From the NCBI GenBank assembly GCA_047285535.1, contig JBJBDC010000001.1:192136-256135 (forward strand): a stretch of DNA of 64,000 bases. The letters are read 5' to 3'. A program made the position numbers and the translations under genes. Of this stretch, positions 41,845 through 54,128 are shown one piece after another (within the stretch, counting starts at the first letter, position 1; every line of letters begins with the position of its first letter). Source of the stretch: Synechococcus sp. Its GTDB lineage: Bacteria > Cyanobacteriota > Cyanobacteriia > PCC-6307 > Cyanobiaceae. The notes under the pieces were generated by a model. The model was not told the origin of the DNA, did not search any database, and saw only the letters and a list, made by a program, of their open reading frames with translations.

Positions 41845-42303
41845 CTAGTCGTTCAATACTGGGTCATTTTTGCCTTCTGAGTAGAAAGTGCGTCTTGTCC
41901 AGATCAACGTCTCAGGTGCCTTGCCCTGTTGTTGATGGCCACCATTTCTGAACCAAGGAGCAGTTGCATCCATGAAGTTGTTGTGGTCGAGTCCCCATTT
42001 GTCATGGAGGTATTCCATGCACATTTTGTTAGAGGCTGCTTCTTGCTGTTGCCAGTGGACTAAGGCAAGGAGTGTGGGACGAATTGTCATGACAGCAACT
42101 TTTCCATTAGGCGTCGCTTTCGGGTCAGGTTCGACCCACTCATCCACCTTTTCTTTTGCTACGAACAGCCTTAATGGACCGCTGTAATCACGTCCATCCA
42201 GGCAGTATTTGTCAAGGTAGAGGCGTCGTGCTCGCTTAAACAGTGCTGATGGTGCCCGCTCCATCAGATCCTCAAATGCGGCTCTTAGGAATGGATCGTT
42301 CAT
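41845..42303 (-). CDS. Conserved hypothetical protein
   Basis: 152-codon ORF (LFKRAR-LYL-KY-LDG, PWFRNGG); no function recognised. Confidence 0.7.
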   Translation of the reverse strand: MNDPFLRAAFEDLMERAPSALFKRARRLYLDKYCLDGRDYSGPLRLFVAKEKVDEWVEPDPKATPNGKVAVMTIRPTLLALVHWQQQEAASNKMCMEYLHDKWGLDHNNFMDATAPWFRNGGHQQQGKAPETLIWTRRTFYSEGKNDPVLND

Positions 42304-42323
42304 CGTGACATTTCAGGTGTCTT

Positions 42324-42647
42324 TTGGCTTCGGACCTCATAGTTGTTGCATTTTGGTGGAAGACTAGGGACAGATGCGTGATTGGAACATTGCCTAAGCT
42401 TGTTGGATCTTTATACAGATTGGTTGCCTTGGATGGCAGTCCCCACCCAGTTCTAGATGCCCCCTATGAATCGATCGATGCCGCCGAAGCGGCTGCTCAG
42501 CGCTGGTGTTCTGGGCAAGGCCGTGCTTTATCAATTCAGCAGCGTGGAATCGGCCTAGAGGTGCAGACGAGTTGCGGAGCATGGAGGACTATTGGTTACC
42601 CGCCGGTTTGTCTTCTTGATAGTGGGGAGCAATCTTCACCTCCTTGA
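42324..42647 (+). CDS. Hypothetical protein
   Basis: YRLV-LDG-PHPVLDAPY...IGLEVQT..G-WRT; its stop overlaps the next start. Confidence 0.65.
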   Translation: MASDLIVVAFWWKTRDRCVIGTLPKLVGSLYRLVALDGSPHPVLDAPYESIDAAEAAAQRWCSGQGRALSIQQRGIGLEVQTSCGAWRTIGYPPVCLLDSGEQSSPP

Positions 42648-42967
42648 GCCTTGAGTCAATGAATGTCAGTGTTGATCTCTGTGTTGTCCCCGTTGGGCTT
42701 GAAGGTTCCCTTGCGCCTTGGGTGGCACAATGCCATGAGCTGATCAAGCAGTCAGGGCTGGACTACGAGCTCGGGCCTAATGGAACGGCGATTGAGGGGG
42801 AGTGGGATGAGGTGTTCGCTTGCGTCAAGCTTTGTCATGAGCGTCTGCATGCTGAGGGTGTGCCTCGGATTCATGCCACGCTCAGAATCAATACTCGAGT
42901 GGACCGAGAGCAGTCTTTTCGAGACAAGGTTCCAAGCGTCAAGCGATGGCTGGGAGGCTTGGCCTGA
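42644..42967 (+). CDS. MTH1187/YkoF-like thiamine-binding protein
   Basis: VDLCVVP-G, SGL-YELGP-GTAIEGEWDEV and CHE...G-PRI. Confidence 0.88.
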   Translation: MSLESMNVSVDLCVVPVGLEGSLAPWVAQCHELIKQSGLDYELGPNGTAIEGEWDEVFACVKLCHERLHAEGVPRIHATLRINTRVDREQSFRDKVPSVKRWLGGLA

Positions 42968-43038
42968 CGCAAATCTGTAGATCCGCAGCTCTGTGTTCTC
43001 ACCTGTCGCGCCTGTGTCTTGAATGAGATCAGGTTGCG

Positions 43039-43605
43039 TTGGGGTCCTTGATGCGGCATTCCTTGCTTCGTTCCTCCTGGTTCTTTCTCGTTGTCTTGGG
43101 GTCTCCTTTGTTTGGGGCAACTTGGCTTGGATTTTCAGCGAATGCTCAGTCATGGACTGACATCGGCGAATATTCCTCTCTACTGCGCAAAGCCGGCACC
43201 CAGACCCTCGTCGCGAAAGATTGTCCAGCGGGTCTCCTCGGTGCGTTTCATGCTGGACGGAATGCACTGTTGTTGTGTTCCAACAACCTTGAAAACGATC
43301 CTCTTCAAATTTGGACTGTGCTGGCGCATGAATCAGCACACGTCATGCAGGATTGCAATAGGGGCCCCTTGTTGCCCGATCATCAGATTGACGACGCCCT
43401 TGTCCAGATCGAAAAGCAGTCCTTTAAAGCGTTTCAGGAATTGCGTTTGTATCACCAGTCTCAGCGACGTGATGAAATCGAGGCAAGGCTGGTGCAGGGA
43501 TTGCCGATGGCTGAAGTGAAGGAGTTGTTTCGAGGTTTTTGTGCAGATCGCCTGAGCTGGCGTTCTCCAGAGAGGCGTTCCGCTGGAGGGGTAGGCGATG
43601 GATGA
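43039..43605 (+). CDS. Exported protein with an HExxH zinc-metalloprotease-like motif
   Basis: Signal-like N-terminus, LAHESAHVMQDC, and a downstream E-EA third-ligand candidate. Confidence 0.7.
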   Translation: MGSLMRHSLLRSSWFFLVVLGSPLFGATWLGFSANAQSWTDIGEYSSLLRKAGTQTLVAKDCPAGLLGAFHAGRNALLLCSNNLENDPLQIWTVLAHESAHVMQDCNRGPLLPDHQIDDALVQIEKQSFKAFQELRLYHQSQRRDEIEARLVQGLPMAEVKELFRGFCADRLSWRSPERRSAGGVGDG

Positions 43606-43894
43606 AGATGCACCCATTACCCCGATTACCGGTCCCAATATCGATGCAGAGGGACGACTGACTTACATGGGCGAAGACGGTCGTCGTTATGTGGTGATGG
43701 ATGGTGATGAACGGGATGAAACCTCATCCGCCGCTGTCATGGAGGCCCTGCGGAGCGCGGGGGCGCTATTCGAAGAGATTGAGACCCTATGCCAGGGTTG
43801 GGTCGATGAGGTGAGTGATGAGGCCTTGACTAGGGCAGAAGCTGTTGCCCTGCTGCTGGCAACTCTCGAGACCCTGCTCGATAACGAAAACTGA
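43598..43894 (+). CDS. Acidic hypothetical protein
   Basis: 98-codon ORF coupled to the upstream gene and preceded by GGAGG. Confidence 0.65.
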   Translation: MDEDAPITPITGPNIDAEGRLTYMGEDGRRYVVMDGDERDETSSAAVMEALRSAGALFEEIETLCQGWVDEVSDEALTRAEAVALLLATLETLLDNEN

Positions 43895-43935
43895 TGCTCC
43901 AGTGTTTACGGTAGCGATACGTTGAACGCGCATCG

Positions 43936-44343
43936 ATGGGTCCTAAGTTGCCCGGCTATTGGTTGATGACCTGGCTTGGACTGATCGGAAATCTGCTGGC
44001 TTTGCCAGTGATTGGCTTTGTTGCATTTAAGTCTGTCAGTCTTCAAGCTGCCACGATCAGCGTGGCCTTCTCTCTCGCATGGCCAGCGGCGATCGTTGGC
44101 ATTGTGGCCTCAGCGGGGTTGCTTGTACAGCGGAAATGGGGAGTCATTCTGGCCATCGTCGCGTTGTCGATGGCACTTGCTGGATCCCTGCCCTACGGAA
44201 TCGTCCGTCTTTCTTTGTTGGGGGTTGGGGGCGACAGGCAAGCACTTTGGCTTGGTTTGGCTTCGATTGTGTTGGGAGTGCTCAATGTGTTGGCTCTTCT
44301 CTATTGGTGCCGTCCTGGTCATCGTCGCGGTGGTCGCCTCTGA
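43936..44343 (+). CDS. Four-TM membrane protein
   Basis: Four hydrophobic segments and a basic C-terminal tail. Confidence 0.75.
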   Translation: MGPKLPGYWLMTWLGLIGNLLALPVIGFVAFKSVSLQAATISVAFSLAWPAAIVGIVASAGLLVQRKWGVILAIVALSMALAGSLPYGIVRLSLLGVGGDRQALWLGLASIVLGVLNVLALLYWCRPGHRRGGRL

Positions 44344-44346
44344 GCG

Positions 44347-44994
44347 ATGGGCGCTCCCTTGGCCTCTCTCGCGGGGATTCAGGTTCGTCACTGGCATCCG
44401 AATTTTTTGATCGTGGAGAAGCCTTCTGGATTGCTCAGTCAGCCAGGTCTTGGTCCAATCAATCGCGATTCGTTGATTTCCCGTCTTCAGGCTGTGCAGC
44501 CTGAGCTAAAGCTTGTGCATCGACTTGACCGCGACACCTCCGGTCTTCTGATGTTGGCCAGGGATCAGAGAAGCCTGAAACAGCTCAGTGGATTGTTTGC
44601 AGATCGGATGGTTCACAAGTTGTATGCAGCCGATGTGCACGGTCATCCCAGGACAATCTCAGGAGCTGTGAGGTTGCGTTTGGCTCGCTTGTCCGCCCAC
44701 CCTCCTCGTTATGGCCCTAACCCTGATGGGCGGGCTTGCTTGACGCTGTGGCGTTGTGCGCAGATTGGATGCGATCGCTCACGCCTTTGGCTTGTCCCCA
44801 AGACGGGCCGCTCACATCAATTGAGAGCTCATTTGGCGGTGATTGGGTTGCCAGTGATTGGGGACAAAATTTATGCCCCTCCTGAGCTTGGTTCGACTCA
44901 AGAACGTCTTCACCTGCATGCGCTTGGCTTGAGTTTTGCTGATCCCTTCAGCAGCCAGCGCATTCGTGTCCGCTCTTCCTTGCCTTGGCTATAG
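44347..44994 (+). CDS. RluA-family pseudouridine synthase
   Basis: KPSGLLS, VHRLDRDTSGL, TGRSHQLRAH, GDKIY and LHLHA. Confidence 0.93.
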   Translation: MGAPLASLAGIQVRHWHPNFLIVEKPSGLLSQPGLGPINRDSLISRLQAVQPELKLVHRLDRDTSGLLMLARDQRSLKQLSGLFADRMVHKLYAADVHGHPRTISGAVRLRLARLSAHPPRYGPNPDGRACLTLWRCAQIGCDRSRLWLVPKTGRSHQLRAHLAVIGLPVIGDKIYAPPELGSTQERLHLHALGLSFADPFSSQRIRVRSSLPWL

Positions 44995-45002
44995 ATCCAT
45001 GA

Positions 45003-47111
45003 TTAGGCGCTGAAGCTTCGTTTCGCTGGAATTGGATAGGGAATCCGGCGGTGTCGCATGCGCCTCCATACGCGGACAAAGGCATGCATCACCAGCTCAA
45101 CTTCGGCACGACTCAGACTGCTTTGACTCAACTGACCATCGCTCAAACGTGCTTCCACAATTCGCTTGACCATGCTTTGTGCTTCGCTGTCACTGGTGTC
45201 AGGTGGCAGCGATCGCAAGGCGGCTTCGCAGCCATCGGCAAGCATCATGATTCCTGTTTCTTTGGATCGAGGTGTGGGACCTCGGTAGCGAAACAAGCTT
45301 TCTGATACCGATGGATCTTTTTGCTGGGCTTGATGCAGAAAGAACCCCATACGCAAAGTTCCTTGATGCTCAGGAATGAAGTCTGCGATCGGCCGCGGCA
45401 ATCGATAGCGCCTGGCCAGTTTGAGCCCCTCGTCCACATGGGCTTGAAGGACACCGGCACTGGCAATGGGGTCGTTCAGCTTGGTGTGTGGATTCTCCTG
45501 GCCGGTTTGATTCTCAATGAACCAATCTGGGGCATGGAGTTTGCCTACATCGTGATATAGAGAACCTGTACGGATGAGATCCACATCCGCCTGGATGGCT
45601 CGGGCGCCCTCTTCTGCCAGTCCGCAGATCATCAGCGTATGTTCAAAAGTCCCAGGTGCTTCTGATGACAATCGGCGAAGCAGGGGTCGTTCTTGATCAG
45701 CTAGCTCCATAAGGCGGGCTCGTGTCAGCAGGCCGAACGAGTTCTCGAGTAAAGGAATCAGCAAGATCGTGAGCATCAGCATCAGCCCCATCAGCAAGGC
45801 CTCTGAAGCCAGCTCTCCGGTATCGGGCGTGAGCCTTGTCCAAGACGACATATTGATGGCTTCAAATAATGGCTGGCGCAAAATCAGCAGCTCGGCGATT
45901 AAGGCTCCCAAGGGCAGCAAAACAGCAAGTTGCAACAACTGAGCTCTGCTCCGTAAGCGTCCAGCCTGAATGGCCGCGAGGGCCCCGACTAAAGCCGTGA
46001 TGAGCAATCGACCTTCCCCAAGGCCACTCACTGGTGTGGGCCAAATCAGACAGCTCACCCCCAGCCAGGCCAGGCCACTGGTGGTTCCCAGACCTTGAGC
46101 AATTAACAGAGTAGGTGGCACGATCACGGCGAGAGGGCTGACGATTGCACCAAACCAGATCTTGCTGAATTGGCTGATCAACAACAGACCGATCGCTAGA
46201 AATCCATGGGAGGCCTCAAGGCAAGGCCTTTCCCGCTTCATCACTAGAAGCATCACTCCGCAACTCGCGAGAGCTTCTGTGAAACGCATCAACCAGATTC
46301 CCAGTTTTGGGCTGCGATTGATCAAGCCAAAGAAATCGAGCACGTCGTAGGCCTGAGAGCTGATTGGTTCGCCTTTACGGGTGATTAGATCTCCTTGGCT
46401 CACTTCAATGGTTGGAATCCCTTGCTTGGTGATCAGCTCTTCAATCATCCGCTGACTGCGCATCGGATCGGTCTTCAGATTGCTGCTTCCTTGCAACGTT
46501 GTGGTGAGGATTTTGCTCCCCAGGGTTCTGGCTGGAGCGTTGATGGTCCCAAGTGATTCGAGCTGCAGTGATGAAGCTTGTCTGAGTTGTTCAATCGCCA
46601 GAGTGTTGACGAGTCCTTGGCTCAGCATGCGATCTGCAGCCCTGCGGATCGCCATGTCCCAGTCTTTTTGTTCCCTCTGAGATCGTTGTTCCAGCCAAAA
46701 TTGCTCCTCTGTGCTCAGATTTACGGGTCCTATGCGATCGATATCCGAGCTTCTGGCCACTCTTTCCAACTCTGCGAGATGACGCTCAAGCCTCAGCTTT
46801 AGGAGGTTTGATTGCTGAGAATCAACAACCTTGACCAGGGTGTTCGGCATCAAGCGGGAGCGTCTTTGTTCGAGCGCCTCGCTGTCTACGACTCGCGCTG
46901 CCTTGGGAGCAATCGAATCAAACGGTGCCGGAATTCCTGGTCGCAAGTCGGGCTCCACCAGCCAAGGCCAGCTCGATACCAGTGCCACAGCAATGCAGAC
47001 GAGCAACAACCCGACCTTTTGCAGGCGGTTCCATCGCAGCACCGGTCTTCGCGGTGACTCACTCCGCAACCAGCTTCTCCAGAGCTGGGCCAGACGATGA
47101 GATCGGAACAC
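45003..47111 (-). CDS. 7TM-HD (HDIG) phosphohydrolase, PgpH-like
   Basis: Extracytoplasmic domain and multiple TMs, then APGTFEH, YHDVGK, FIENQ, HQGT, FRYRGP-P and MLADGCEAA. Confidence 0.9.
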   Translation of the reverse strand: MFRSHRLAQLWRSWLRSESPRRPVLRWNRLQKVGLLLVCIAVALVSSWPWLVEPDLRPGIPAPFDSIAPKAARVVDSEALEQRRSRLMPNTLVKVVDSQQSNLLKLRLERHLAELERVARSSDIDRIGPVNLSTEEQFWLEQRSQREQKDWDMAIRRAADRMLSQGLVNTLAIEQLRQASSLQLESLGTINAPARTLGSKILTTTLQGSSNLKTDPMRSQRMIEELITKQGIPTIEVSQGDLITRKGEPISSQAYDVLDFFGLINRSPKLGIWLMRFTEALASCGVMLLVMKRERPCLEASHGFLAIGLLLISQFSKIWFGAIVSPLAVIVPPTLLIAQGLGTTSGLAWLGVSCLIWPTPVSGLGEGRLLITALVGALAAIQAGRLRSRAQLLQLAVLLPLGALIAELLILRQPLFEAINMSSWTRLTPDTGELASEALLMGLMLMLTILLIPLLENSFGLLTRARLMELADQERPLLRRLSSEAPGTFEHTLMICGLAEEGARAIQADVDLIRTGSLYHDVGKLHAPDWFIENQTGQENPHTKLNDPIASAGVLQAHVDEGLKLARRYRLPRPIADFIPEHQGTLRMGFFLHQAQQKDPSVSESLFRYRGPTPRSKETGIMMLADGCEAALRSLPPDTSDSEAQSMVKRIVEARLSDGQLSQSSLSRAEVELVMHAFVRVWRRMRHRRIPYPIPAKRSFSA

Positions 47112-47182
47112 AGCGGCTGATAACCAGTTACAACGCTAGCTCCGCTGAGGAAGCATGCTGGGATGAGAGTCAACTGACCCCG

Positions 47183-48064
47183 ATGGCCCTCAGGCTGGAT
47201 GGAAAGCAGCTCGCTGCGCAGCTTGAAGTGCGTTTGCAGCAACAAATTCAAAATGGCCTAGCGGCAGCAGGACGGCCACCCGGCCTGGCAGTACTCCGAA
47301 TAGGAGATGATCCCGCTAGCGCGGTCTATGTGCGCAATAAGAAAAAAGCCTGTGCACGTATTGGAGTGAAGAGCTTTGGGGCCCATCTCCCTGCCGATGC
47401 ATCAGAGCAAGAGGTGTTAAAGGCCATTCGTGCGTTCAATGCTGATGAGCGTGTAGATGGAATCCTTCTCCAACTGCCGCTTCCTGAGGGTTTGGACGAA
47501 ACCTCATTGCTTGCCGAAATTGATCCAAATAAGGACGCAGATGGACTACACACTTTGAATCTCGGACGCCTATTGAAGGGTGAACAGGGGCCACGAAGCT
47601 GTACACCGGCAGGTGTGATGGTCATGCTTCGCGATCAGGGCATCGATCCGGCAGGTAAGCGTGCTGTGGTTGTGGGTCGCAGCATCTTGGTGGGTCAGCC
47701 CATGGCCCTCATGCTTCAGGCTGCGAATGCCACTGTGACGGTGGCTCATTCCCGCACGCAAAATTTAGACTTCATTACCCGTCAGGCAGACATTTTGGTC
47801 GTCGCTGCAGGCCGCCCCGAAATGATTGGTGCAGGCCATGTCTCTCCCGGTTGTGTTGTTGTTGATGTGGGAATTCATCGGCGTCCTGAGGGTGGGCTTT
47901 GCGGTGATGTTCGAGCTGCTGAACTCGAACCGATCGCCGATGCTCTTTCTCCGGTTCCTGGAGGGGTTGGCCCCATGACCGTCACCATGCTCTTGGTTAA
48001 TACTGTGGTGGCTTGGTGTCGAGGCCATCAGGTTGCTTTGGAATTGATCGATTTAGTGGTTTGA
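47183..48064 (+). CDS. folD: Methylene-THF dehydrogenase/cyclohydrolase
   Basis: [35 protein letters not shown] and [10 protein letters not shown]. Confidence 0.97.
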   Translation: MALRLDGKQLAAQLEVRLQQQIQNGLAAAGRPPGLAVLRIGDDPASAVYVRNKKKACARIGVKSFGAHLPADASEQEVLKAIRAFNADERVDGILLQLPLPEGLDETSLLAEIDPNKDADGLHTLNLGRLLKGEQGPRSCTPAGVMVMLRDQGIDPAGKRAVVVGRSILVGQPMALMLQAANATVTVAHSRTQNLDFITRQADILVVAAGRPEMIGAGHVSPGCVVVDVGIHRRPEGGLCGDVRAAELEPIADALSPVPGGVGPMTVTMLLVNTVVAWCRGHQVALELIDLVV

Positions 48065-48087
48065 ATCCCGCGGCCTGACAGAATTAA

Positions 48088-49549
<1,462 letters not shown>

Positions 49550-49553
<4 letters not shown>

Positions 49554-51022
49554 ACAAGCTCAAGCCTTCAGAGGCAACGCTCACGGATGATCAGCTCTCA
49601 GCCGCTCAGCGGTTTGAAACTTGGTTATTGGAGGAAGACGCAGGTGTTCCGTTTGTCTTGAGCGGTTATGCCGGGAGTGGCAAGACCTTCCTCTCCATGC
49701 GGTTGTTGCGTCAAGTAGAGGCCACAGGATTGTGTTGGACTGTGGTGGCACCCACTCATAAAGCAGTCGGTGTATTGCGTCATGCCCTTGATTTTGAAGG
49801 GCTGCATCCCACCTGGTATCCCTCCACCATCCATCGACTGTTGCGACTCAAGTTGCGTCGACAAGGGGATCGAGAGTTATGTGAATCCACAGAACAGACT
49901 GCCGTCTCTCTTGAGCATCTCGGCCTTGTCTTGGTCGACGAGTCCTCGATGGTTGATAGCTCTCTCCTCTCCATTGCACTTCAGTGTGCGCATGCCTTTC
50001 AAACACGGCTTGTTTTTGTTGGAGACCCAGCTCAGCTCCCTCCGATCGGAGAAGCAGAAAGTCCTGTTTTTTCAATGAAGCGAGCAATCACAGCCTCCCT
50101 AAGGCAGGTGGTTCGTCATCAAGGTCCTGTCCTGCAACTTGCGAGCTGCCTGCGTGATGGAAGCCTGCCCTGCGAGCGTCCTCCTTTAATACCACCGCTT
50201 CGCACCAACTTAGGTCAGGTTGGTGTGCTCACTCCCTCTGCCTGGCTCAATCAGGCACAAGACGGCTTGCGCCGAGCTGCTGCCTGCGACAACCCCGATG
50301 CCGCTCGGATTCTTTGCTACACCAACCGTACCCTTGACAAGCTGGTGCCCCATGCTCGCCGAGCGATTCATGGCGCTATGGCGGATCAGATGGCTGTTCT
50401 GCCTGGTGAAGTGTTGATCAGTCGGACGGCGGTCATGGCGCCTTCATCGCGCGATGGCGCAGAAACGGGGGAAGACCCCGATCTAGTGCTTGGTTCTAAT
50501 CGTGAAGTGGTTGTGGAGGATGTCACCCCTGAACAATGTGATCTTTCTGAATTCGGGTTCTCGGGGGAGGCACAGATGGCCTTGTCTGGTTTCGAGGCAC
50601 CTGTCATCGAGACCGTGATGGCCAGGGTGCGGTGTGGAGAGCTGGAACTCAGCTTGCGCTTGCAGCCGCCTGCAGGGAGTGTTGCCCGTCAACGTCTTGA
50701 TGGGGTGCTTCAGGGTCTTCGCAACCAGGCCAGGGATGCGGGTAAACGTGGAGGTCGTGCTCTGTGGCGCCGTTATTTTTTGATTCGTGATGCTTTTGCC
50801 TCCCTAGGCCCAGCTGCTGTACTCACGGTTCATCGCAGTCAAGGCAGCAGTTTTGGAGAGGTGTTTGTGTCAGATGACGTGTTCTGGCCGCAGGACCTTG
50901 TTCTACGGCGGCAATTAGCGTACGTCGCTGTTAGCAGGGCTCAAGAGGCAGTCTGGATGTCCGGCAGGTCGTCTTCGGCTCAAGCGGGCGAACGTTGGTC
51001 GCGAGCGCTTAGATCAGAGTGA
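49550..51022 (+). CDS. RecD/Dda-like SF1 DNA helicase
   Basis: GYAGSGKT, APTHKA, TIHRLL, VDESSM, VGDPAQLPP, TVHRSQGS and YVAVSRA. Confidence 0.9.
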
Positions 51023-51695
51023 GCCCGCTCATTCCTTGCCATCCGAGATAGCTTCCGAGTCCAATACTGATGATTGCTACGACGAGCTCTCCTCGAGCAA
51101 AGAGCACTTGTTTGCCTCGTTCTAAGAGTGGCAAAACCTTTTGGCGACCTACTAAGACTGCAATTAGGGGCGTGATCAGCAACAGGCTCGCACCGATGGT
51201 GAAGGCCAGCAGACCGATGAGTTCTTGCCAGGTGGGCAGCTGAGCTGCCAAAACAACCCCGGCGGATTTGGCAAAGAGCACCAAATCATCTGGACTTGCA
51301 ATTTCTCCCACCGCTCCAAATAACAACAGTAAAGGGAGCGGCATGGCAACAAATCGATCCACGCCACTGGTCCATGCTGGGGGAGCATCTCCATCGGTGA
51401 AGGAGCGCAGCAATTCCCTGACGCCAATCGCAATCAAGGCCCCACCCGCGAGAAGATCCAGACCAGTGCGGTGATGGGAGCCATGCGTCATATCCAGCAC
51501 TAGTGCATGTCCCACAGTCACCAAAAGAGCTGATGTTGCCATGGTCGTCACGACCCAGCCCACCACGAACCAGCCTCCGCGATGCAACGGTTGAGGACCG
51601 AGTAAGAGCAGCAGCAACACGGCGAGGTGGATCGGGGACAGACCGATTCCAGTGCCATAAGCGAGCAGTTCAGCCCAGAGCTTGGTGTCGCTCAT
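51009..51695 (-). CDS. GAP/Sap-family (LysE superfamily) membrane protein
   Basis: G-SP-H...F--GW pattern with about six TMs. Confidence 0.7.
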   Translation of the reverse strand: MSDTKLWAELLAYGTGIGLSPIHLAVLLLLLLGPQPLHRGGWFVVGWVVTTMATSALLVTVGHALVLDMTHGSHHRTGLDLLAGGALIAIGVRELLRSFTDGDAPPAWTSGVDRFVAMPLPLLLLFGAVGEIASPDDLVLFAKSAGVVLAAQLPTWQELIGLLAFTIGASLLLITPLIAVLVGRQKVLPLLERGKQVLFARGELVVAIISIGLGSYLGWQGMSGLTLI

Positions 51696-51756
51696 CTTGC
51701 GTAGAGAAACAAAGTTTCAAAGGTGATGTTATGGGGGCTCGAGTTCAAATCATTGT

Positions 51757-52350
51757 CTAAACACACGCATTGGTTGGGGCATTCCAACGGGCGATCGCGC
51801 GTTGCTCTCGCTCGAAGCCCAAGATGGAGATGCTTCCTGTTCCCAATTTGAACAGACGGCCGCCAGCAGCACCGAGTCCAAGCCAGGTGCCTGTCAGGGC
51901 ACGGAGCAAGTGTCCATGGGCAAATAGGGCAACATCACCTTCCCCGGGCTCGGCAAGGGCAATTTCGATTGCTTTCTCGCAGCGTTGTTCCACACCGTTG
52001 GCATCCTCGCCATGGGGGCAACCATGGCTCCAGACGGTCCAGTTCGGAATGGTGTTGCGAATTTCGAGGGTTGTGATTCCTTCGTAATCGCCGTAATCCC
52101 ATTCCCGCAGCGCATCCATGATTTGCATTTGTTCTCCAAGACCACCCAGCTGACAAGTTCGTTTTGCCCGCTGAAGCGGCGAACTAAAAACAGCCGCAAA
52201 CCGATGTGATGTGAGTGCAGGTCTAAGCCGTTGTGCTTCCTCTTCGCCCTCAGGCAGCAAAGGAAGATCGGTGTTCCCGGTATGACGCCCGTTTTTGGCC
52301 CATTCAGTAGCTCCGTGTCGCAGCAACCAGAGCTGTCGTTCGTTGCCCAT
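51757..52350 (-). CDS. Histidine phosphatase family protein
   Basis: RHGATEW, SSPLQRA, EWDYGDYEG and FAHG. Confidence 0.93.
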   Translation of the reverse strand: MGNERQLWLLRHGATEWAKNGRHTGNTDLPLLPEGEEEAQRLRPALTSHRFAAVFSSPLQRAKRTCQLGGLGEQMQIMDALREWDYGDYEGITTLEIRNTIPNWTVWSHGCPHGEDANGVEQRCEKAIEIALAEPGEGDVALFAHGHLLRALTGTWLGLGAAGGRLFKLGTGSISILGFEREQRAIARWNAPTNACV

Positions 52351-52424
52351 GATGTGGATCAGTCGCCTGTGAATGGGTTCGTTGTTTTGTAAATAGCCAA
52401 GGATTTGAAATGAGCGGCAAGCTG

Positions 52425-52727
52425 TTAAGGCCGAATGTCAAACCAATCATTCCCAGTGACTGGCAACTTAGAGAGAAGGACCCTCTGGACGCTTGCGGCG
52501 GTTGGACCACGTTCACACCACAGACGAAATTCGTTCAGGGCCTGCTCATCGCCTTCGGCCTGAACTTCCACTCTGCCGTTACTGAGGTTTCGAACCCAGC
52601 CGCAAAGACCCAGTTCGAGTGCTCGTCGTCGGCAGCTGTTTCTGAATCCCACCCCTTGAACGCTGCCTTCGATAAGAAAGCGCCATCGTTCTTTCAGTGA
52701 CTGATGTCGCTGACGTGTGTTCTTCAT
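52425..52727 (-). CDS. acyP: Acylphosphatase (ORF is open further upstream to 52847)
   Basis: GSVQGVGFR, GWVRN...GRVE and GP..A.V; ATGA overlap with the cobB stop. Confidence 0.9.
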   Translation of the reverse strand: MKNTRQRHQSLKERWRFLIEGSVQGVGFRNSCRRRALELGLCGWVRNLSNGRVEVQAEGDEQALNEFRLWCERGPTAASVQRVLLSKLPVTGNDWFDIRP

Positions 52728-54112
52728 GAATCGGCCGCGATCTGAGTCGCCACGTTTTCGAGAGCTGCGCGCCATCGGCATGAGATCGTCGAAGAGCTGG
52801 CCCAGTGAAGATGCACCCAGCTTGCGTGAACGGTCGGAAGTGCCCATCCTTCGTTTCTTTGATCGACATGCCAGCCTTCAACCTGCCATAGCGGTTGCCA
52901 TCTGCCCACGGGCTCCTCGCTGAGTTCCCAGCGGTGAAATTCATGCCCCATCCAGTGGTCACCTGCCCTTAACAGCAAACTATCTTGGGTGGCTGTCAAA
53001 CGGCGATACCCCACTTGCAAGGTGCCGCGTCGAGCATGAAAAGGCAGGATGCCTGCCATCTGATGGGTCTGTCCTTCCCCATCCATAAGGCTGCTCCCCA
53101 GCATCAACATCCCACCACACTCGGCATAGAGCGGTTTGCGTTGCAGCCAGTCGGTGAGGCTTGAGAAGCTTCTTTGACAGTGGCTTAGTTCCTCGGCGTG
53201 TAGTTCGGGAAAGCCTCCAGGGATCACAAGCCCAAAGGCCGACTTCGGCAATGGCTCGTCTTCGAGGGGGTGCCAAGGGATGACCGGCATGCCAAGGGCC
53301 TCAAGGCAATCCTGCATCTCTGGATAGCGGAAATGAAAGGCCTTGTCTTGAGCCACGGCGACGGGAAGTGGTCTGCAATGTTTGGTGTGTGCTGGGGCGT
53401 CTGCCATTACGGTTTTGATTGGTTCTGGACCGAGAGTCGGGGCTGTCATTAATCGCTTAAAAACCTCCATCTCAAGATGTTGATCAGCGATCGCTGCCCA
53501 TTGCCCCAGGCGAATGTGCAGTTGATCGAGTTCGTGGGCCGGCGCTAATCCCAAATGTCGACTAGGAAGTTTCAGGCTTGGATCCAGTGGTAAACAGCCC
53601 AGGCAAGGCACCTCAATGGTGCTCAAAACTTCTTTGAGAAGCAGGCGATGACGATCACTGCTCACTCGGTTGAGCACCACTCCTGCGAGTTGAACTGCAG
53701 GATCAAGATCACGAAATCCGCTCACGAGGGCGGCGAGGGATCGTGCCTGGCCGCCTGCATCCACGACCAAGACCACTGGCAAATGAAGCTGTCGTGCTAC
53801 TGCTGCGGTACTTCCTTCTCCACTCGAGCCAATCCCATCAAACAGCCCCATCACGCCCTCTACTAGGGCTAAATCACAGAGACCTCCATATCCATGGAAG
53901 CTGGTTTTGACCCAGTGCGGACCACATAATGGGAGATCAAGGTTGCGGCAAGGTTGCCCTGAGGTCGCCCCTAGGATTTGAGGGTCGAGGTAATCAGGCC
54001 CCACTTTGAAGGTTTGAAGACTCAATCCTTTTTGCTGCGCCCAGGCGATCAAGCTGATGCTGAGCAGAGTTTTGCCGCTGCCACTGGATGGAGCAGCGAT
54101 CACACAGGCCAT
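52724..54112 (-). CDS. cobB: Cobyrinate a,c-diamide synthase
   Basis: SGSGKT, FKVGPDYLDP, EGVMGLFDG, SRHLGL, GGFPE and AECGG. Confidence 0.95.
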   Translation of the reverse strand: MACVIAAPSSGSGKTLLSISLIAWAQQKGLSLQTFKVGPDYLDPQILGATSGQPCRNLDLPLCGPHWVKTSFHGYGGLCDLALVEGVMGLFDGIGSSGEGSTAAVARQLHLPVVLVVDAGGQARSLAALVSGFRDLDPAVQLAGVVLNRVSSDRHRLLLKEVLSTIEVPCLGCLPLDPSLKLPSRHLGLAPAHELDQLHIRLGQWAAIADQHLEMEVFKRLMTAPTLGPEPIKTVMADAPAHTKHCRPLPVAVAQDKAFHFRYPEMQDCLEALGMPVIPWHPLEDEPLPKSAFGLVIPGGFPELHAEELSHCQRSFSSLTDWLQRKPLYAECGGMLMLGSSLMDGEGQTHQMAGILPFHARRGTLQVGYRRLTATQDSLLLRAGDHWMGHEFHRWELSEEPVGRWQPLWQVEGWHVDQRNEGWALPTVHASWVHLHWASSSTISCRWRAALENVATQIAADS

Positions 54113-54128
54113 GCCGCTCAGCTGGAAA

